NCBI GenBank assembly: GCA_964247055.1
Contig: OZ176056.1
Coordinates: 4,650,001-4,714,000 of the forward strand
Origin: Paragordius varius
Lineage: Eukaryota > Animalia > Nematomorpha
DNA length: 64,000 bases
Direction of reading: 5' to 3'
Shown here one piece after another: positions 56,820-64,000 of this stretch; the stretch's first letter is position 1, and each line of letters begins with the position of its first letter. The notes beneath the pieces were generated by a model. That model was not told the DNA's origin, did no database searches, and saw only the letters and a list, made by a program, of their open reading frames with translations. Both the position numbers and the translations under genes were made by a program.

Positions 56820-58054
56820 TTAACACTGCGATTAAAATTGGCGTAATGTCCCAGACAATATTTAAGTTGATATTTTCAAAGAGTTACGGAAAGAAACGGC
56901 CCCAATTCAATATATGCTTCTATCCTAATAAAATTTTATATAAGCCGAAATATTTGAATAAAATTTAGTTTTCAAAAAAAGTTTCATATCAAACTTTCAG
57001 CGCCATTTTTATTTTTGCAAAATATCGCGTTTATTTAACATTTCGATTCAAATTGGGGTATCTAAATACCCCAGACTAAATTTAAATTAAAATTTATAAA
57101 AACCCCTGAAGGAAACGGTCCCAATTTGAATTTATGCTTCTATCCTGATAAATATTATATAAATATGCCAAAATATCTTGATAAAATTTTGTTTTGAAAA
57201 AAAAGTTCCACCTCAAACTACTTCGACGCCATTTTTATTTTACAAAAATTTTGCAAAATATCGTCTTCATTTAATTTTAAGGGTAAAACTAAAGCCTATT
57301 TTTATATAAATTACATCTAACATTGATAGAAATAGAAAAAGCGGTTTATTTTGTATTATTTTTTAATTTTACAATTTGCCACATGTCACGTTGACTATTT
57401 ACCTTTAAGTTTTAGCTCAAAATAAGTAATATCAAGTATTTTTAAATAAATTTTTTTATATATTTCGGTTTATTAATGTTATATAAGTGCAAAATTTTGC
57501 AATGGTTTCGATTCCTTTCATATTTTTTAAAGAATTTAATTTTAAACAGGCCTGGGGTATTTAATTACCCCAATTTGAATCGAAGACTAAAATGAATGTG
57601 CTGTATCCAAGTGTTAATAAACCGAAATATATAAAAAATTTTATTCAAAAATACTTGTTACTTATTTTAAGCTAAAACCGAAAGGTAAAAATTTAGTCAA
57701 CGAGACATGTGCGTAATGATAAAATTGAAAAATGATTCAAAATAAACCGCCTTTTCTATTTTTATCAATGATAGATGTAATAAAAAAAACTAGCTTTAAT
57801 TTTATTCTTAAAATTAAATGAAGACTATATTTTGCAAAAAAATTTTAAAATAAAAATGGCGTCGAAGTAGTTTGACATATAATTTTTTTTCAAAACAAAT
57901 TTTTATTTGGATATTTTGGCATATTTATATAATTTTTATTAGAATAGAAGCATAAATTTTAATTGAGACTATTTCCTTTCAGCAGTTTTTTAAAGATCCT
58001 AACTCAAATTTAGTCTGGGGTATTTAGATACCCCAATTTAAATCGAAGTGTTAA
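56820..58054. mobile_element. Composite of three family A MITE pieces joined at TTAA sites
   Basis: Partial copy 56820-57038, full copy 57035-57617 and inverted partial copy 57614-58054. Each junction is a TTAA. Confidence 0.85.
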
Positions 58055-59064
58055 AAGTTAATGTTTCATATAAACTACATATAAAGAAAAATAATATTAA
58101 AAATTTAATATTAAGATGTGTGGCTTTGAAATTCCCTGAATTTTTCGCTTTTATAATTGTTCTCTAATAAAAGGAAACATCTTGAATGCGCGATAAAATT
58201 GAATATATGCTGAATTTTGATATCATCCTAAAACAATTTTTAAAAGTGTTATAATCTTTAAATTTATTTTTAACAATTTTTGTGAAGCGTACATCATATT
58301 TTGGCTAAATGGAAGCAGTATAAAACGTTTAAGTCACTTTGTATAATCGACGTTTGCTTAATTATATGAGATTTATAAAAAAACACAATTTAACACAAAT
58401 TTTAATACAACGGAATGTTTTAATCAAAATTTGGGAGATAGAAATCTAGTCAAGGTGTTTTATAATATGTCTTAAAGCGGTTATATACCGTTTGTATCAT
58501 GTTTTAAAATATGTAGGGTACAACACTAAAAATTAAATATTTTGAAAAGTAGGCATTTAAGAATATTTTTCGTTATTATCAAAATTTAGCATATATTTAA
58601 AAATACAATCTCGGTATTTACACGTTTTTTAAAGAACTAATCTTTTTTTAAAGTTTAAATCTTTTGAAGTCCATATCTTAAATTTTATTTTTAAAAATAT
58701 TATTTTGCTTTTTATATGTAGATTATGAATCCTTTAGTGATATTTTTTGGAATAAACTAATTAGCTTTCACTAAAATTTTGTTTAATAAAATTGCACAAA
58801 TTTTCTCATTTTCTGATATGGAGCTAGTATAAAAGCGATAAAAATCTTCTTATTGAACACGCAGGGGTCACCGAACCATGTTAATTCGATGCATTTTTTT
58901 ATCAAAAAATATATTTTATCATGATATTTTTTGTGGACACAGTTTTATTACAAATAATGGTAATTTTATTTAATTTCATATGTTATGAAATACATATTAT
59001 GACATAAGCATAAAATTAAATACCGCCAATTCAAATTCAAATTTTGTGCGACACGTAAATTGTT

Positions 59065-59940
59065 ATGAATAACAGCAAGCAAGAACACGCTAAAAGTACA
59101 AATACGATTGAATTTTGTAAACGAGGCCGACCCAAAAACTTACCAAATGAAACTGGAAATATATTTTTAATTAAAGATTTTAGCATTGAAGATCAAATAT
59201 ATTTATGCCCTGTATGTCACCGACCTTTTCCCCGCGACAAATCACTAAAAATACATATAAGGACACATACTGGTATTTTTTTACAACTATATAGGGGAAC
59301 GACCGTTTATTTGCACATACAGTGGTTGTGGTAAATCATTTGCACAGAGTGGACAAATGAAAACACATCAACGTCTCCATACTGGAGAAAAACCTTTTGT
59401 ATGCCCTTTTCCTGGTAAAAATATTTTAATATATATAATTATTGTTTATTTCTGATTAAAGTAGCATTCTAAAATTTACCATCCAGATATGTAAACTTTT
59501 AATATTTAACCCACATACTATAAAACTATTTTTATGCAGGATGTACATCTAAATTTGCACATCCAAATCGTGTATGTCAAACACATCCATTCTTAACCTT
59601 ACGACGTTCAGAAAAGACCGGAACTTCAGAAATCAAACCCATCCCTTACTTGAAATTAATCAAATTAGCTAAACCACTTAATAGCGATATAGTTAAAAAT
59701 TTACAAAACCACACGAATTCAATCAAGAAAGAATCTATTGATCAACAAACACCCTACATCAAACCATCTATTTTATCTAAATGTAACATGAATAATAAGT
59801 TAAAAAAGTCCAAAATTATATATACTAATGAAACTACAAATAGTTTTCCAGGCAAAGTACCTGATTTTACCGAAGGCAATCAAATTCATCAAGATGAATA
59901 TCAAGTGGCACATGCACTGGTTCAACTTGCCGCTTCCTGA
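59065..59940 (+). CDS. ZNF367: Zinc finger protein 367 homolog (two C2H2 fingers plus C-terminal C2HC-like finger), 3 exons, about 242 aa
   Basis: Exons 59065-59272, 59295-59414, 59540-59940 (729 nt). Motifs: [27 protein letters not shown]|[43 protein letters not shown], and C-terminal VAHALVQLA. Confidence 0.92.
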
Positions 59941-60284
59941 TTGATCATCTTTTTAGCTTTTTCGCGTTTTTTAAAAACGCATACTTTTGTAAATTCGGAC
60001 TAAAATTTATATAAATGTACGACAATAAATTATACTTTAAATTTAGTTTAATATCCTAATTTAAATCTAATTTATATAAAGAATGGATTGACGATGAAAA
60101 TCAACTACCATTATCCGGTTTATTTTATTGCAGTAACAATTTCTAACCGTGTATTTAAGATGTATGCTTCTAACAAATTTTTTCTATTTTCCAATTTTTA
60201 TTATTAACATAAAGTTTAACAAGTAATATAGTAGTAAACAAAACTTTTGCGAAATTTTGAACCATGTCTACATTTTAAAAATAA

Positions 60285-62392
60285 TCCATATACTAAAAAT
60301 GGAAAATGCTGGCTTTGTCTGTTTCCGAAAAACCCGTAGACCCATTCAAATCCAAATGTCAAAAAAATATAAATGAATGCCACGAAGCTTCGCCCTTTTT
60401 TTGAATTAGGCCCCCATTCGAGCCCACCCCGAGTAAAAAACGGTTTTTTAAAACACATGTCCACAAAAATCGTGTCTTTGAGACAATTTTCCGGAAAACG
60501 TGTTGGACCATTCGATTTCAAATATGATTATTTTTACTTATTTTCGATTGCGCCGAACAGAGTCGGCTGCATTTTTAAATTAGGCCCTCTTTTTACCCAT
60601 TCCCCCCGTAAAATGTCATTTTTTTCAAAAAAAACTAAGTCCACAAAAATATTTTTTTGGATCTATTTTTCGCTTAAGGTATGAAACCGTGAAAATCGAT
60701 AAGAATTCCAGGTATTCCCTGTTAAAAAGCAAAAATTTTAGTCGAGTTTTTATATTTTGGCTGCCGAGTAAGGAGATATTCGATAAAAAGTGACCCGTCA
60801 TATCGAAATTGCGTGCCTTTGGGGCTAAATTTCAAAAAACCTATCAGGGCATATGAGTCCAATAGCTCCTTAAAACATTATCCGTAACAAGGCAAAAATT
60901 TAGGTCGCTCGGTTTTATTAAATTAGGTAATTAGGCCCTTTACGCCCTAAAGAATGCGCAATCATTGAACTATTATTTAGTTTTGAAGCCATTCTTCCAA
61001 AAACTATTAAGAACATGTGGAATGAATTATGAATCCAGGTATTCCCCTATAAAGGCAAAAGTTTTTATCGAACGTCTTTTTTGTATCAGCGTCTGGGTAG
61101 GGAGCTACGCAGCTAAAACTAGGCCACCATATCAAAATAGCGTTGTTTAGTTGATTTTCAGAAATTTATCAGGCCATATAAGTTTAATATCGGCCTGAAA
61201 TATTATCCGTAAATAGGCAAAAATTTAAGTCCAGCGGTTTGAATTAGCCGTTAATTAGGCCCTTTATACCCTAATAAGTGCGCTTTCATTGAATGACTTT
61301 ATTGATGCAATTTTTCGAAAATGGAATCAATCATGATTCCAGGTATTATCCGAATTAAAGAAAAAATTATAATCGAGCGTTTTTTTATTATGCCCCTTGT
61401 TAGGGGGCTCGCTTAAAACTGCGTCACCATATCGATACAGCATGTCTTTGGAGCCAAATTTCAGAAAAATATGAACTATGTGAGTTCAACAAGGGCCTAA
61501 AATATTTATTACCTTTTAAAAAACAAACATAGGGGGTTATTTCAATGAGTCGCTAAGTAAAGTTTTACGCCCTGAAAAATGCGCCGCCATAGAACAATTT
61601 TTTAGTTTTTAGGCAATATTTCCAAGATAGGATCATATGAAATCCATGATAATTCCAGATATTCCCCATATAAAGGCAAAATTTTGCCCAACGCTTTTTT
61701 TACCTGCCCCTGGGTAGGGAGCTATCCGCCAAAAACTGCGCCACTAGATAGAAATTGCGTTGTTTTAGGGCTAATTTACAGAAAATTTATGAAGCCATAT
61801 GAACTCATTAAAAGCTTGAAATATTCGTAACTAAATAAAAATTAAGGTCAGGTGAGGCCTTTATTTCCTAAAAATACGCCATCATATAACGATCGATTAT
61901 TTAGTGTTGAGGTATTTCTTCAAATAACACATGAGACGATGGTGTCAGAGATGATTCCAAATATTTGCCCTATAAAAGCAAAAAATTTAACTCAGTGCTT
62001 TTCCATATAGGTCTATGAGTAGGGGTCTATCGGTTGAAACTGAGACGCCATACAAAAATGGCGTGGTTTTGGAGCTAATTTTCAAAAACTTAAGAAGCCA
62101 TACGAGTTAAATAAAGGTTTTAAATAATACCCATAAAAAGGTTAAAATTATAGTATAGCGGTTTTTTCCGTTAGTTATCAATTTGGGGCCCTGACAGTGA
62201 ACAATATATTAGTATGAATGCACAGTTTTGAAAATGCTATGAGATCATAACTATTAAATAATGTTTCGAAATAATCCACATATATAGATTACAATTGTGT
62301 TGATCGCTTTTTTCAAATAGCGCCCCCTCCCCTTTCTTCAAGAAGTCCGAATGACTTCTTCGAGCTGCGTAGCAACCCGAGATTTACGCTAT
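60285..62392 (+). mobile_element. Non-autonomous Helitron, same family as 23052-24509, with about 310-bp tandem array
   Basis: 5' A|TCCATATACTAAAAATGG, 3' CGAGCTGCGTAGCAACCCG-AGATTTACG-CTAT|T. Repeat units start near 60709, 61036, 61339, 61655 and 61955. Confidence 0.87.
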
Positions 62393-63464
62393 TTTAATAA
62401 AATACCTTATGAGCTGTAGAATTCATGTGTTAAAACGCCAGGGAATTAGTCGAAATGCGATAACTACATTAAAATGACGAAATTCTTTTAAAGAGGAACG
62501 TTAAATTTTAATAATAACAATGATAATAAGTTAGTGAAGATATATACAGGAAGAATTAATATTCTTCATAATATAAAATGCCCTTTTTACTTTATTAATT
62601 ATAAAAAGCAAAAATAAACTTATAGTCAAACAATGCAGAGTGTATTCCCAACTAAACATTTTTTTCAAAACAGCTTTATCTTAGTTGTAATTTAGTAAAT
62701 TATAATTTATAATGCATTAGTTAGATTAATAATATTAAATTTTTTAATCTAGTGATTTAAACCAGTTTCCAACCATTTAAAAATATTTATTTAGCTATCA
62801 TTCGATTGCTATAAAAGATTTGATGATAACTATCATTGATATAGTCTTTAGGCTAAACATTTCTTGATAAATTGTTGAAATTTTTTACATATATTTTAGA
62901 AATTATATTTTTCCATAAAATCCTGCATTATATTAATCTACCAATTTAGATAATTCTTAAACCTTATATATTTATTCAATATTAAATTGAAACTTTTAAA
63001 ATTAAATGCGCTAAAAAACTGCTATTTATAAGAAAGAGAGAGGTGTTTAAAAGAGTTTACATAATTAATTATTAATTTTCGTAGGAACCTGGTTTTCAAC
63101 AGAATATATATGAAAATATTTTGATATAGATTGTAAAAATTTATAATATTTCACTCCCATTTTTGAACTACCTTAGGAATAATCAGATATTTAATGTATG
63201 AATAATAAAGGTTATATCAAATCCTGCCTAATAAAATAGTAATTTGTTTTATAAACCTGCAATAATATAACCATGTTCTAAACTTAGAAAAATGCGAATT
63301 CATAACAATAATACAGAGTAGGCAAAACAAAAATATTATATTATACTAACTAATTAATAATCGATTTTAATAATATTCTCCGCATATGATCATGAATCTT
63401 TTTTATTAGCGAAGCAAGAAAACCAACAAGTGTCACGTTTCTTAATTAAGTATTTACTCAAATT

Positions 63465-64000
63465 ATGGTACCACATCATATTCCAAATAGTTTTCAAATA
63501 AATATAACCTTGTCCAATTCAAATAAACCACAAGTTTCAGTGTTTGAATGGACAGATATCCCAAATTGTCTTACGTCAACCCTTGGCCCCGGCAACAAAA
63601 TCTTTCGTCACATCATAATACCCATTTTGCTGTTGATTGGGATAGTAGGAAATGTATGTGGCTACATAATCTTAACAACGCTCCTACGCTCCTTTAAACA
63701 GCCCGTCTATTATTTCTGGAAGATTGTTACGATTGAAAATATGTTAGTTTGTTTACTGCTTTGGAGCCGTTATTTTGCAAAGGCACCATTTTATCATTAC
63801 CGGTATGCGGTGGAATCGAATGTTTGGTTAGCTTTTTACGTATACAATAAAATTTTGGCACGTTCCCTCTTTTATAACAGCTTTGTTGTCATAAGTTTCG
63901 TTATGATAGATCGGTTGTTAGCTTTGTACCAGCCATATGTTTATGCCACTTGGATCAGTACTAATAAGTTTTGGAAATTTGCTCCTTGGATAGCTTGGAT
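63465..64000 (+). CDS. Class A (rhodopsin-like) GPCR, divergent; 5' part only, runs off the window
   Basis: Open frame from ATG 63465 to the window end. Peptide MVPHHIPNSFQINITLSNS (N-glycosylation sequon NIT), TM1 IIIPILLLIGIVGN, TM3 end ISFVMIDRLLALYQP and start of TM4 (APWIAW). Missing from the ORF track because there is no stop in the window. Confidence 0.88.
   Translation, partial: MVPHHIPNSFQINITLSNSNKPQVSVFEWTDIPNCLTSTLGPGNKIFRHIIIPILLLIGIVGNVCGYIILTTLLRSFKQPVYYFWKIVTIENMLVCLLLWSRYFAKAPFYHYRYAVESNVWLAFYVYNKILARSLFYNSFVVISFVMIDRLLALYQPYVYATWISTNKFWKFAPWIAW

Noticed and set aside
60216-61150. ORFs at 60216, 60373 and 60965
   Set aside because: Same Helitron repeat sequence read in other frames.
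60700-62200. Regularly spaced repeats as a possible CRISPR-like array
   Set aside because: Eukaryotic context, long diverged units without unique constant-length spacers, and located inside Helitron termini.

Overview
Very AT-rich, intron-containing genomic DNA from an invertebrate animal (species not identifiable from sequence alone). Hand reconstruction of GT-AG, phase-consistent exon chains gives seven genes: CTR9 (minus, 29 exons, about 1618 aa), a UCP1/2/3-type uncoupling protein (plus, 7 exons), a NIPSNAP3-like gene (minus, 5 exons), RPP30 (minus, 7 exons), an intronless CTDNEP1/Dullard (minus), ZNF367 (plus, 3 exons) and the 5' part of a divergent class A GPCR running off the right edge. 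The most striking architecture is that CTDNEP1 lies inside the 8.3-kb first intron of RPP30 on the same strand. Its ATG is only 118 nt past the RPP30 exon-1 donor and directly follows a TACTAAC...AG acceptor, suggesting two unrelated enzymes made from one promoter and first exon. Two introns appear to be only 22 nt (ZNF367) and 27 nt (CTR9) long among kilobase introns. Several conserved proteins carry large Asn/Thr/Ser-rich insertions. Introns and intergenic DNA are crowded with non-autonomous transposons: a TTAA-flanked MITE family (about 9 copies), TA-flanked MITEs, a decayed IS630/Tc1-type element, a hAT element with an 8-bp TSD, two Helitrons and a scrambled Ty3/Gypsy relic. No rRNA, tRNA or CRISPR array was recognised. 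All homology statements come from recalled protein motifs, not database searches.
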